Shown piece after piece: positions 22,948 to 34,730 of a stretch of 64,000 bases of DNA. Origin of the DNA: Basidiobolus meristosporus CBS 931.73 (lineage: Eukaryota > Fungi > Basidiobolomycota); assembly GCA_002104905.1 (NCBI GenBank), contig MCFE01000074.1:1-64000 (forward strand). Reading direction: 5' to 3'. The notes beneath the pieces are model-generated. The model was not told the origin of the DNA. It ran no database searches and saw only the letters and a program-made list of their open reading frames with translations. A program made the position numbers and the translations under genes. Within the stretch, counting starts at the first letter, position 1; every line of letters starts with the position of its first letter.

Positions 22948-25900
22948 CTATTTGACCTCCAACTTCATCTGGATATTCATCGCCATCAACTCGGTCGCCA
23001 AGTAACGGAACACGAAGGGCACCGCGACCAGTTGAAGTCCCTCGGATGTTTTACAGGAGCGGCATTCGTGTTCACGACGCATGGACGCCGCGGTGGATGC
23101 AGTGGAGATAGGGGACACGATGGAACCACAAAGCTTGCACACCAATGTTTGTGAGTAATCGGAGCAGTTCATCAAACGATCTTGCAACAAGAAGGAAACT
23201 CCGTGAGCAAGCAAAGAATCACGCTCCATCTCACCGAAACGAATACCACCAGCACGCTTACGTCCCTTGAGTGGCTGCTGAGTCAATGCGTGGACGGGAC
23301 CGGTGGTACGAACCTGGTACTTGTCGGACACCATGTGTCTTAATCTCTGGTAGTAGACACATCCAATATAGATGTCGGCCTTGAACTCCTGGCCGGTGAT
23401 ACCACTGTACATGGGTTCGTTACCATGGTAATTGTATCCGGCTTGAAGCAACTGCTCACCGAAGAAATCGGCCGCAGTGTGATCCTCATTGAACTGGAAA
23501 GGAGTGGAATCCTGGACAGTTCCGTGGAGGGCACCACTCTTACCAGCCAAACTCTCCACAAACATACCAATGGTCATTCTGGAGGGGAAAGCGTGTGGGT
23601 TGATGATGACATCAGGTTGCATGCCGGACTCGGTGAATGGCATATCGACAGCTGGCCACTTCTGCGAGCAAACACCCTTCTGTCCGTGACGAGAGGAGAA
23701 CTTGTCACCAATGATAGGAGGACGGGGGATACGAAGCTTGATATGAACCTTCTGGCACTCCTCATCGCCCGTATCATTACCCAGCACACGAACCTCATCA
23801 ATGTAAGCGTCTTCCAGACCCTTGTATCTCTTGACCACGGTCTTGCCGGACACGTCGTTGACGTAAGCATACATAGGATCACCATAGGTGAGCTTGACAC
23901 CGATGTATGGCAGGCCATCGGCGTCAAGCTTCTCTCTCCAGGCACGGTTGGCGTTCTCGTTGATTCCGAAGTGACAGGTGATGGGCTCACCGGGGCGCTT
24001 CAAATTAGACAAGTCAATGATCTCGGACTTGTACACGGAACCATAACCGAAACCGCGCTCGTGAGAAGACTTGTTCAGAATCATGGCATCCTCCATATCG
24101 TAGCCGGTGTAACTGATAACCGCGACGACGGCGTTCATGCCGTTGGGGAAGCCATCCATACCGTATTGGTTGTGAAGGTGGGGACGGACAATAGGGGTCT
24201 GACCGGTTTGAATACGGTACATCTTGTTATCTGTACGGTATCTGAGAGCCTGTGCTGGGGTGCCCATGGCCTGCTTACCCATCTGGCACTGGTACATGTT
24301 ACGGGGAGACTGGTTGAAGTCTGAGAATGGAGTGAGGTTGGCGACGACGGAAAGAATGTTGGTGGGAGTAAACTCTTGATGGGTAGAGGTGCCTGGCACC
24401 ACTTCATCATCCATACAGGCGATATCCAAGTACACCTGCTCAAAGGGACCAACCATGTCGGTCTTTCCGTTAGCGAGGTACTTGACGGGACGCGACATAC
24501 GAGCAGGAGTGGAGAAGAGGAAGAGGCCGGGATACTGGCCACCGTTGGAGCTAGGAACATAACCAATTTCCAAGTCTAGAGGGATGCCGTTCTTTTTCTC
24601 GACCTTCCAGAGGCGAAGCTTGTCGGCAACCTCCTTGGCAAGCTCGGGAGTGCACCAGCCAACAACCTTACCGTCCAATTGGACGGAAATATTCTTGGGG
24701 CCGCTGGTGGTATGAACAAGCGACTGGGAGACTCCGAGAGAGGCCAAGTGATACGGAATTCGAGAAGTGTCGGGGAACTCGGTGGAGATCTTGCATTGAT
24801 GGGCAAGATGGTTCAACAGACCACATGGAGAACCATCTGGGGTGTGCACAGGGCAGAGGAATCCCCATGCTTCGCCCAACAACTTTCTGACGGCGGTAGT
24901 CTTCAACTCGGCGAAGAAAGAACCACGATGGACGCAGCGGAAATGGGAGATGTAACGGAGGAAGTTGAGCTTTTCGGCAACGATGGTGTAACCGGAGACT
25001 TGTTGTAAATCGAGACCGGTGTTGGAGATAAGGTTACCAGTAGCCAAGAAGTATTGTAACTTCTGACCGATATCGGAGGGGACTTTGCTCAGCGCCTTAA
25101 CGATGTATTTCTTGTCAAAGAAGTTGACACTGCTCAACCCTCTACGAACATCGAGGGCCACCTGTCTTCTGAACCCTTCAATCCAGTCCTCAAGCTTTTC
25201 TTTGAGGATGTTAAGGTAGAGATGGCCACCAAGAAGAATTTCTTGATGCTGAGGAGAATCTGGGTTATCCGCGCAACAAGCACCAGACACCAAGGCATAG
25301 AGCTTCTGGATCATGAACACGAGCAAGTTGAACTTGTCTCTGTTATCCTCCAGGTGGACAAGAACAATCTTCTTCAAAAGAGCCTCGCCGACTTGGGCAT
25401 TAGTGTAGTCAGGAGGCAAGTTGAGGACGATGCGGAACTTGTCACCAAGATACTCGAGGCACTGGGTACGTGTGAACAAGGAGTATCTCTTGAAGCCTCT
25501 CAAGAGCAGCTCCACACGATCAGTCAAGAAGGTGTTGCCGAAGTCGTTTTGAACAATAGCCTCGAATATTTCCTTGTCAGAGGTATCGACCAAAGCCTTC
25601 AAAATAAGAACAACGGGGATAAGGTACTCCTGCTTGCGCCAATGGAAACGGAACATGGCGCTACCATCGTTAAGGTAATGCAGGGTGTTGGTGTGGGAGC
25701 TTTGGTCGGGACGAACACAGCGAATCACTGTACCGAAGTGGGTGTAAGCGGCACCACGATTGGTGAAGGAAGGACGGATGAGGGCGGAAACGATGTTTCT
25801 TTTAGGCGCAATCAGCAAACGAACGATCTTCTCGTTACCGTTGACAATGAAGTAACCACCCATTTCCTCGGACTCTTCGTGATGCTTGATCAAATCCTTG

Positions 25901-26506
25901 GCGGTCATCTTGTACAAATTACACCTGGTGGACTTGACCATGACTGGCACTTGGCCAAGAGCCTTGGTTTCAACATTGACTGGACCGTCGTTGATACGCC
26001 AGCAGAATTTGATCTGCATCTTTCCTTTGTAGGAGGTAAAGCGCTCACGGCACTGCACGACGCAATCGGGGGTCAGTAAGGTGCAATAGACATGGGTATC
26101 CTCCTACGTACCTCAGTTGGGAAAATCAATCTGTTGACCGAGCGGTGCTCCTTCTCGGGGAGAGTAGGACGACCGATTTGCACCTCTTCGATCCAGCCTA
26201 GAGTTGCATGATTAATAAATGCTGCACCAAGCTGATATTTCAACTACACCTACATGATAGACGGTTTCCCTTGGCCAGGGAGCCCTCGGGTCCATCGCCC
26301 TTGCCGTCAAATACGACCTTCTCGCCGATATCACGAATAGCGAGCTCTAACAGACCAACATTATTCTCAAGATTCGTTTCGAACAACGAGTTGAAGGACT
26401 CCAAGTGAGGGGCCACTAAAGTTTGAAGGGCAGGATATTGGAAGCCACCTTCGGGTGGGTTGGAGAAAAGTTTTTCGCGATCAACGGTATTAAAAGTGGA
26501 CGGCAT
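22948..26506 (-). CDS. RPA135: RNA polymerase I second-largest subunit (exons 26506-26254, 26197-26112, 26052-22948; about 1147 aa)
   Basis: APHLESFN, CRER..SY.GK, GGYFIVNGNEK, RYISHFRCVHRG, NQSPRNMYQCQMGKQ, YTGYDMEDAM, GDKFSSRHGQKG, GGIRFGEMERD and a C-terminal Zn ribbon. N-terminus and motif variants are Pol I type. Confidence 0.95.
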
Positions 26507-27518
26507 ATTGGCTATTACTTATGGTCGGGAGAACACTCGAATGGTAGTGGCTCGTTTGGAGGGGGGGATGACAGACGCTAACAATGTCGAGATGATGGTT
26601 GATAAGGAATTGGTCGGGACTCAATAAAGCTCGACAAGGGAGAAGAAGACTATATTTGAAACACCTCTGAATCGATTTCAACAAGGAAAAGTGAAGAGTG
26701 GGTCTAATTACTACAGCGCTTGCTTTAGATAATAACAAGAACCCTTTCAAAACCAAGGTCGATGCTTGGAAAATCCCACCACTCACCCTTTTCCGTTGCC
26801 CACATCAGAATCCCGCTTTTTTTTTCTTTTTTTCTTTTTGCTAGCTTTCCGGACTGGACCCTCGAAATTTTTTTATCCATCACCAGGAAAAAAAATCCCC
26901 ACCTCGGTGCAATCCTCAATTTCAATAACATCATGGATGCGAGGGGAGGTTGTTTATTCGCGTGATACCCGTGGTCGATGAATGAATTGGCTGTGCTATC
27001 GGGGCTCGCTCTCTAAACAGTGAGCCGCCCAAGCTTGCTCTTTTATCTATTACAAGCGAGCTCACAGGACATCACACATAGACACATACCACAGGCGATA
27101 TTAATTAACATGACCACCTACGCGTGCTTAGTAGCCGCCTTCTGTGGAGATCCCATGCTAAAGACAGCTTTGCACAACAGGGCAACAAGCATACTTGGGA
27201 AGTCCCTACAAATGGATGATTAAAGTCGCCTAAATTGCTGCAACAAACAGATAATAAAATGGTCACTATTGCCTAAACAAATGGACAATAAATGGCATTG
27301 ATTACGTCATACGCGGCACCGCAGCTGAAAAGAGTTACAACACAAGCTCTACTTCCCATAAATATCGGATTTCCTACAAAATCAAGGTTTCGCACAATAT
27401 TGGGTTTTTCTCTGGATTACTCGGTTCTTGAATAAGATAGCATCATCATTGTATCGGATTTTGCTACAAAACTAGACTTGCACTTGCTCAGACTCCCACA
27501 TCTTCCCTTTAGACCGTT

Positions 27519-28428
27519 ATGAGTAGAAAGACCTTGTTTGTAGTCGGTTTCGGGTCAAGCCTACGTGCTCGTGACTTAGCCTACGAGTTTGAAAGGTAAG
27601 CACACTAGCCATTCCACCAAGCAGTCCAATGCTTGGCCCGCCACGAGTACCTTCCTTGCTGACCGATCCTCACGTTTTCGTGGGTTATGCTAACCTAGAT
27701 ACGGCCGTCTTGTTCGTTGTGATATTCCTGCGCCAAGGGGGTATTCTTCCAGACTGTAAGTAGTCCATCCTGTCGCAATCCTCGTTTAAATCAACCACCA
27801 TACGACGAAACGTGTCCTCACCCAACTTTTCGCATCATCGTACGTAAAAAGTTTCGCTTTTGTCGAGTTTGAAGATTCTAGAGATGCAGAAGATGCTTAT
27901 GTTGAATTACACGGCAGAAAATTGGACGGCCATACGTTGAGCGTTCAGGTAACTACTGTTTTAGGTTGCTCCGACACTCGAAGCTAAGCTAACCTCTTCA
28001 AGTGGGCCAAAAATGCTCCACCAAAGGGTTGGGGTGGCGGTAGTGGCGGCAGATCTCGCTCCCCCCGCCGCTCTCGTCGTTCTCGTAGTCGCTCATACTC
28101 CCGTGGTCGCAGTCGGTCTCCGCGTGGTCGCGGACGTTCTTACTCGCGCTCTCGCTCTCGCTCCCCTCACTATGAGCGTTCGAGAGATTATTCCAGGGAT
28201 CGCTCACCCGATATGAGACGGAAGCCACGCTCGTTTTCTCGTGACCGCTCCAGAGGGCGTGACTCACGTTCTCGATCCCCTGTTCGCTCCCCCGTTCGCT
28301 CCCGCACTCCCGAAAAGGTGGCGCCCGAAGCCAACGGACGGAACCCATCGAGAACACCTTCACCACCTGGTTCTCCCGCCAAGCAGGAAGCCGAGCCTAG
28401 AGAGACGTCTGTTGACGGGAAAGATTGA
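27519..28428 (+). CDS. SR splicing factor, RRM plus RS domain, Srp1-like (exons 27519-27595, 27699-27755, 27852-27948, 28003-28428; 218 aa)
   Basis: Spliced product [60 protein letters not shown], followed by RS dipeptide repeats. It closely resembles fission-yeast Srp1 as I recall it. Confidence 0.88.
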
Positions 28429-28706
28429 TCAAGTCCAAGAACCAGTACCAACTTGTGGAGAACCGATCCCGTCCAGCCAACTCACTCACTCGTAGCTTTG
28501 CTTGATTGTTTCTTCAACTACGGATTCTCCATGTGCCACTCCCTCCCCTCCCAACGACTTGTCCATTCTTATTCACCACCAAGTAAATACATGTATCAAA
28601 AGGACAGACCTCGCATATCTGTTACAATAAAATTGGAAAAGGATGGCTGTTGCATTCGCATTCAGTTTATTGGGATTATTGGACGGCGCCGGGTGCATCG
28701 ATGGGG

Positions 28707-29312
28707 TTATTCGGACTTGATTTTCAATTGCTCCTGTTCGGGTTTCTTACCGCTGAGGCTGGGATAAATGGGTGTTGAGTGATCTGGGGCATGCGGGCAT
28801 TGAAAATCAACTTACTAGTGGTAATCGAGGAAGCGATAAGCCTGGACAAGCTGTGCGGTTTCGTTGGTTAAATGGCAACTGAAGAGGAGGAGATTTCTGG
28901 GCACTACGACCAGGGCGAACCGCATGAAGAGTGCCGAGTACAGACACAGGGCTACAGGAGGTAAGCACGTGCTCGGTCAGTACTATCCACGGGGCCCCGC
29001 AACAGAACTTGGTCCCTTACCAAAGGTCATTTTGCCGGAAATCATCTCCGGGTCTTTCTTCATATCGGCGATGGCGGCCAACGGGATGCCCCAGTTGGCG
29101 ACGGGCCCCCAGAAATGCTAAGCAAAACAAAAGTACGTGACTATTCTCAACCGCGCGAGTTCTCACACTGGGCCACTTACGGTGCTGTAAAGAAGGGTTA
29201 GCGCTGGTGGTGGGGGGAGAAGCAGAAGTTACGAGAGGAGGAACCTGCAAAGGTAGCTACGGAACTCCTTGCTGGAGAGCTGGGAAAAGATTCTGGAAGT
29301 CCAGGCAGACAT
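28707..29312 (-). CDS. MPC1: Mitochondrial pyruvate carrier subunit 1 (exons 29312-29245, 29184-29181, 29117-29021, 28951-28816, 28758-28707; 118 aa)
   Basis: Spliced product ..[71 protein letters not shown]. Exon lengths 68+4+97+136+52 = 357 nt. Confidence 0.92.
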
Positions 29313-29429
29313 GATGACACTGCTTTCGAGAGAAGGTTGAGTGTTGAAGATGTACCTTCGGTTGATCTTTCGAGATTGCCGCTTGGCGACTGAACCATAA
29401 TTCCGCTTGGTAGGTAGGGGTGGGCTGGT

Positions 29430-29560
29430 GGATTATCCAATCATGGCTAAGCTGATTACGCTAGAGTCATCCGGAGGCTGATTTGGTTTAGAATTGATGG
29501 ATTCCGATCACGCTGATTACGCTAAATTTGATCGTGAATAGGCTGATTAAGCTGAGTTGA
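29430..29560. promoter_or_regulatory. Putative bidirectional promoter between MPC1 and NDUFA6 with CCAATCA and four GCTGATT motifs
   Basis: CCAATCA at about 29437; GCTGATT at 29451, 29477, 29512 and 29542, two of them extended as GCTGATTACGCTA. Function is inferred from position only. Confidence 0.4.
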
Positions 29561-29785
29561 TGGGTTTTGCTCAAGTGTGGAATCACCTGGCTTCCCCAAA
29601 CATCCACTGGCTCGCTGCTCCGCTCGATAATCACTCGTGCGTAGGAATGGGGGATCAGGAGGGGAAATGGGGGCGAAAATTTGACCATGCCCTTGGCCCT
29701 CCCAGATGGACGAGATTTCCGTGACGCTAAACAATCAGTCTAGTGTAGTTGTGCGCTTCCTGGTTCGTTGCCACCATACATTACC

Positions 29786-30210
29786 ATGTCCCAACCTTTT
29801 GTTACCGCCGTATCCGGATCCTTGACCAACGCTCGCCAGAGAGTCATCAGTCTCTACCGTGATTGCCAACGTGCCGTAAGTAGCCCACTTGTTCGTTTGC
29901 ACCTGGGTATCGAGCTGACCGTCTGCCCCTGGAACCATTAACTATCTAGGCCCCCAAGATCGTCACCCTGTACGAGCTCGACTTCCCCGCCGATGTCGTC
30001 CGCGCGAAGGTGCGTGAGGAGTTCGAGAAGAACCGGTTTGTGAACGATGTGGGTGTTTTGGATATCCTCATCTTCAAGGGACAAGCCGAGCTTCGCGAGA
30101 CCATGATGAAGTGGAAGCAGACCAACCACGTTTACCAATACTTCTACAAGGATGAGTTGGACCCCAAGCCAACCGACTTCCTTAGCAAATTCTACGACAA
30201 CAGAGAATAA
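29786..30210 (+). CDS. NDUFA6: Complex I accessory subunit NDUFA6/B14 (LYR family; exons 29786-29875, 29950-30210; 116 aa)
   Basis: RQRVISLYR (LYR motif), KVREEFEKN, LDILIFKG..EL.ET...WKQ..HV, DFLSKFY. Confidence 0.9.
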
Positions 30211-30457
30211 GGCCGGGCACCAACCTAATCCACCCCCGGTGGCCACTCACTCCCCCTGCGCCTCATTGAACCTCATTCTTTATCTCATTGTAGTCACTTC
30301 GATCCCACGTCTATGAATAAAACCCATTCCACATCAGTTCAACTTAATCGACCTCGGGATTTATTTGGTTTCGAGAGGATTTTGGTAACAACAATAGGCA
30401 TTCTTTCTAGGATGTAGATGTGGGGTTATCATGAGGGTGGTCTATGGGTGGTGGCGC

Positions 30458-32311
30458 TTAGGCGCGCTTCATTTTGGTGAGCGACAAGACGGCTTGGATG
30501 ATCTTCTTCACCTGGTGCCCGATGGCATCCTTGTCGGTCGTCTTGGTGGACGCCAGTGCTTTGATGTTGGATGCCATCTCGCCCACCATGTTGTCAGTAT
30601 CTTGGCTGGGGGTTGGGTTGATGTCGGATTCTCCTAGAGCTTGTAGAATGGTTTGCTTCAAGAAATGATCATCAACCTCCCGCTTGAACACTCTCCTCTC
30701 TTCATCATCATCCTCGTCTTCGTCATCGTCGTTGTCATGGGGGCCCATGCGGCCGACTGATTCTCTGAGACGCTGGAAGAATGCCACTTTCGCGTCATCC
30801 TTTTTGGCGTCGTCCTTCTTGGCATCATCTTTCTTGGCATCGTCCTTCTTAGCATCTCCCTTCTTAGCATCGTCCTTCTTAGCGTCGTCCTTCTTAGCGT
30901 CGTCCTTCTTAGCGTCGTCCTTCTTAGCGTCGTCCTTCTTAGCATCATCCTTCTTAGCGTCATCCTTCTTAGCGTCATCCTTCTTAGCGTCATCCTTCTT
31001 AGCGTCGTCCTTCTTAGCGTCATCCTTCTTAGCGTCGTCCTTCTTAGCATCATCCTTCTTAGCGTCATCCTTCTTAGCGTCATCCTTCTTAGCGTCATCC
31101 TTCTTAGCGTCGTCCTTCTTAGCATCATCCTTCTTAGCATCTCCCTTCTTAGCGTCATCCTTCTTAGCATCGTCCTTCTTAGCATCGTCCTTCTTAGCAT
31201 CATCCTTCTTAGCATCATCCTTCTTAGCATCATCCTTCTTAGCATCGTCCTTAGGCAAACCTAAGATTGCTTTCAGATTTGCAAGTGCTTCATCAATTAA
31301 CATCGCTGCTTTAGCATCATCTTTGGGAAGCAGACCTCTGTTTGTCAGAGCGCTGATAATTTTAGCTCTAAGAACCGCGACAGGTGGTCCTCCTTTCGCC
31401 TGTCTCTTTTCAATGGTTCTTCCATCATCTTTACCAGAAAAGAAGCTTTTGACGCTTTCTGCAAGTCTTTGGAATGTGTTCATGTCATCCTTCTTGGCAT
31501 CATCTTTCTTAGCATCGTCCTTCTTGGCGTCATCTTTCTTAGCGTCGTCCTTCTTGGCATCATCTTTCTTAGCGTCGTCCTTCTTGGCATCATCTTTCTT
31601 AGCGTCGTCCTTCTTGGCATCATCTTTCTTAGCGTCGTCCTTCTTGGCGTCATCCTTTTTAGCATCGTCCTTCTTCGCGTCATCCTTCTTAGCATCGTCC
31701 TTCTTCGCGTCATCCTTCTTCGCGTCATCCTTCTTTGCATCATCCTTCTTTGCATCATCCTTCTTGGCATCGTCCTTCTTCCCTAGAATCATTTTAAGGG
31801 CAGCAAACGCTTCTTCTGTTAAAGCACTCGCCTTGGCTGAATCTTTTGGAAATAGACCCCGTCTAATAAGGGCAGACACAATCTTCGCTTTGAGAACGTT
31901 GTCTGGAGGAATCGATTTAGCTTGGCGTTTGTGTATAGACTTCTCATCCAAATGAACCAGCGCTTTGACAATTTTGATGACTGCCTCCTTCTGGAACTCC
32001 TGGGTGGAATGGTCATTGGAGGATTTCCCATGGCTCAGTTTGTTTACTCTATCGAAGATCTCCTGGACCAGGCCTTGCTGCTTGGCTGGCTCTTTGGGTA
32101 ACATGTGCGCTTTGGCCAACTCATCCACAATTAGGGCGCCCAGATTGAAGTCACTGGCGCGGTGTATTTGGCGGAAGTTATTGTTGGGTTGGGTATTCAT
32201 TCCGGCACGACGATCTATGCTGTTCTGAGGCGACTCACCCAAACCATGAACCATGGTACCCATCACGCAGAGGGTAACGACCACACTCGAAAGGATTTTG
32301 GAGGCACGCAT
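30458..32311 (-). CDS. Secreted repeat polyprotein (617 aa) with two (KKDDA)n arrays, repeated helical modules and Kex2-type sites
   Basis: Signal peptide MRASKILSSVVVTLCVMGTMVHG; uninterrupted ORF; dibasic sites IDRR, IHKR, IEKR and VFKR; third-position variation within the repeats. Confidence 0.85.
   Translation of the reverse strand: MRASKILSSVVVTLCVMGTMVHGLGESPQNSIDRRAGMNTQPNNNFRQIHRASDFNLGALIVDELAKAHMLPKEPAKQQGLVQEIFDRVNKLSHGKSSNDHSTQEFQKEAVIKIVKALVHLDEKSIHKRQAKSIPPDNVLKAKIVSALIRRGLFPKDSAKASALTEEAFAALKMILGKKDDAKKDDAKKDDAKKDDAKKDDAKKDDAKKDDAKKDDAKKDDAKKDDAKKDDAKKDDAKKDDAKKDDAKKDDAKKDDAKKDDAKKDDAKKDDAKKDDMNTFQRLAESVKSFFSGKDDGRTIEKRQAKGGPPVAVLRAKIISALTNRGLLPKDDAKAAMLIDEALANLKAILGLPKDDAKKDDAKKDDAKKDDAKKDDAKKDDAKKDDAKKGDAKKDDAKKDDAKKDDAKKDDAKKDDAKKDDAKKDDAKKDDAKKDDAKKDDAKKDDAKKDDAKKDDAKKDDAKKDDAKKDDAKKDDAKKDDAKKGDAKKDDAKKDDAKKDDAKKDDAKVAFFQRLRESVGRMGPHDNDDDEDEDDDEERRVFKREVDDHFLKQTILQALGESDINPTPSQDTDNMVGEMASNIKALASTKTTDKDAIGHQVKKIIQAVLSLTKMKRA
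30791..31255 (-). repeat. 15-bp coding minisatellite, array 2 (PKDDA plus 30 x KKDDA, two KKGDA variants)
   Basis: Plus strand reads agc(a/g)tc(a/g)tccttctt repeatedly; 31240-30791 is 450 nt, or 30 units. Confidence 0.95.
31484..31780 (-). repeat. 15-bp coding minisatellite, array 1 (19 x KKDDA plus KKDD)
   Basis: 297 nt; includes a higher-order 30-bp dimer (cttcttggcatcatctttcttagcgtcgtc) repeated several times. Confidence 0.95.
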
Positions 32312-33175
32312 TTCTTCAATCAATGATATAGGTGAATAGAGTAGATGAAATGATTCCCTCTACCAAGTACTGTTAGGGTGGAATACGCACAACGGGTTGG
32401 GTTGATATGTGATATGTAGCTGACTGAGAGTGGGCCTGGGAATAGATTTTATAGCCAGGAGGTGGCCCATCTTTGAAGCAAGGGGCAACTCATGTCAAGG
32501 ATCGCCAAAAGGGAGAGTGCATTGTTGTTGACGATGTTACAAAGGCCACTGCTCTCTCCCAGCGGCCAGTGACATTGTTTGTTGGTGTTGACGGAAACCA
32601 GCATGTGAAACCAATCATCCCCTCGCCGCTTTTTCTCACTCACTGCCACCTCTGCTTGATGCTCGACAGGAGAAAGATAGGGGAGAACGAGCAGGCAGCT
32701 GTAATACCTCGAACATGTGAAGATCATTTCCAATGAAGTTGTGTCGATCCGAGGACGCCCCTGTCTCTCAATAAGCGTGAACCGAAAACCTAGCCGTACT
32801 GCTGCCCTTTCATGTGCACCTCATTGGCCTAGATTCAACCACACATCAGGGACGATCAACAGCCCATTTCCAGAGCAAAGACATTGCAGCCCCGTACACA
32901 ATTCTTTCTAGAGCAAAGACATGGCAGCCCCATACACAATTTATTGTTCTCAAAACGATGGTGCCACAGCGGTGGTGATGAGGGGGAGGGGAGGGAGGAG
33001 AGCAGGAAGACAGTGATCGTGCGAAAACGTATACGCGGCAAACCGATCAAATCAAAATCTACAGAGATATGTCTATATATGTATTTATATTTCCGCCTCA
33101 TGGTCAAGATGTCAATTTACAGATGGTGATCGGCCAGGACCAACGATGTGATGATGGGGCGAGTGTTCGAACCCC

Positions 33176-33737
33176 TCATCCCACGATGGTCAGGTCGATA
33201 TTGTGGCGAGAGACGTAGGCGGTCAGCTCTTCGAGATCAACCCATAGTTGGAATTTCAGAAAGTTGAGGAATGCGCGCTCCATCCGGTTGATCTCTTTGG
33301 TGCTCCAGCGACTCCCTATCACCTCCACCAGCTTCGCGGTGGTCAGGGGCTTGTCATCCAGGAACTTGCTGGCGATCAACAAGCTGGCCAGGAATATCCG
33401 ATGAGAGGTCCCGTACTCGCCCAGCGCACCGGAAGGGAGGGCTTTCTTCAGCCGCTCCATGTAAACCAAGCTCGCGATCAGGATCTCGGCCGATATCTTG
33501 GCACCAAAGGTGGTCTGCTGAATGAAGTCCATGAGGGTGGGCAGTGGCTGGGTCGTGTCGGACGGCGCCGCAGGGCAGCTTAATATGGCATCCACTGATC
33601 GGCTGGTGAATCCTGTAGAAACGCAGTTAGTCAAGTGCACTTGGAAATCGAGCCACTCCACTGAGCATACCAATGAGGGTGTCTGACAACGGTGTCCAAG
33701 TATCCGGGAGGGTCGAGGTAGAGACTACGCAGGCCAT
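33176..33737 (-). CDS. Pcl/Pho80-family cyclin (exons 33737-33671, 33612-33176; 167 aa)
   Basis: LPTLMDFI, ASLVYMERLK..LP, HRIFLASLLIASKFLDD and EINRMERAFL.FL.FQL are Pcl1/2-type cyclin box motifs; GTATGC..CTAAC..CAG intron. Confidence 0.85.
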
Positions 33738-34730
33738 CAAACGATCCAATGAATGCGCGGTGAATGGAAAGGAGCCAACGGACTGAGCACTAAAACAGAG
33801 ATTGAAGGGGGATTAGTGAAGAACTCGGACTTATATAAGTGGTCACCGAACGGGTCATATGATTAGCAGGTTGATTTATTTAGGCACACAGCTGAGATCT
33901 AAGCAAATGCGCTAATTTCATGCCTACCGATACGGGCCAATCAGTGGGCTAGAGCACGTGCTTACTGTCGCTCCATACCAATCAACTAATCCCCAAATTT
34001 CCAACAATTTCGGTTAGATCGAGGAAGCATATGACCACATAGAGCATTACACCGGCATTCGCTCACCTCAGATGATTACCCGAGGCTGAAGATGGAAAAC
34101 TCCTGGTAATGAATAGGGGCAGATCCATTACTGCCACCGCTGAGTGGCTGAGTCCACATTTTAGCTATGGGATCACCGGACATACTGGTGTGAATGGGTG
34201 ATCCCGATACGCTTTCCTATTTCGCCCTTTTCTGAAACCCCTGATTATATCCCCCCAGTGGGCCCACCATCTAGCAGAGGCTGATCAGGAACGTGCCGTA
34301 TGAGCGCTTCCATTGGACAGCCGCCAACTCCACATCTTATTCACCATGTCCTCCACCAGGCCAGACACACTGAGTCACCGGAGTACCGCGCACTATCGTA
34401 GCACATAAGCTTAAGTTCCAAAGATTTTATTGCATTCTATATTTTTTATACTAGTAGCAAGACAATCGTACTGCCAGGCTAGGCTTTTTTTGCAAGGGGG
34501 AAGCGCGTTGAATCATGGGGACAGAGGAGGATTGGGTCAGGGGATACCTGGCGGGTCATCCTTGGGTGATGCTGGCTCAACCGAGACAAAAATTATTCAG
34601 GTCATAAATAAGTTCCATGTTCGTTGGCACATTGACAAAATGGGTGAATTAGAACGGTGAGGGAAAGCTGCGCTATGATGGGGGTAATACAAAACTAACG
34701 GTCGGTAGAGGGGCTAAAGAGGGTTCCCGT

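Noticed and set aside
16500-26100. Many long antisense or overlapping ORFs over MET6 and RPA135 (for example 18059-18718, 23425-24324, 25222-26079)
   Set aside because: Shadow ORFs caused by strong GC3 codon bias of highly expressed genes; no independent motifs.
30791-31780. CRISPR-like or telomeric array
   Set aside because: No spacers, in-frame coding repeat, eukaryotic context.
30658-31955. (SSFLA)n antisense ORF of 423 aa and (RRMML/RRTTL)n alternative frames
   Set aside because: Automatic consequence of a stop-free 15-bp repeat. Synonymous-site variation and the signal peptide fit only the KKDDA frame.
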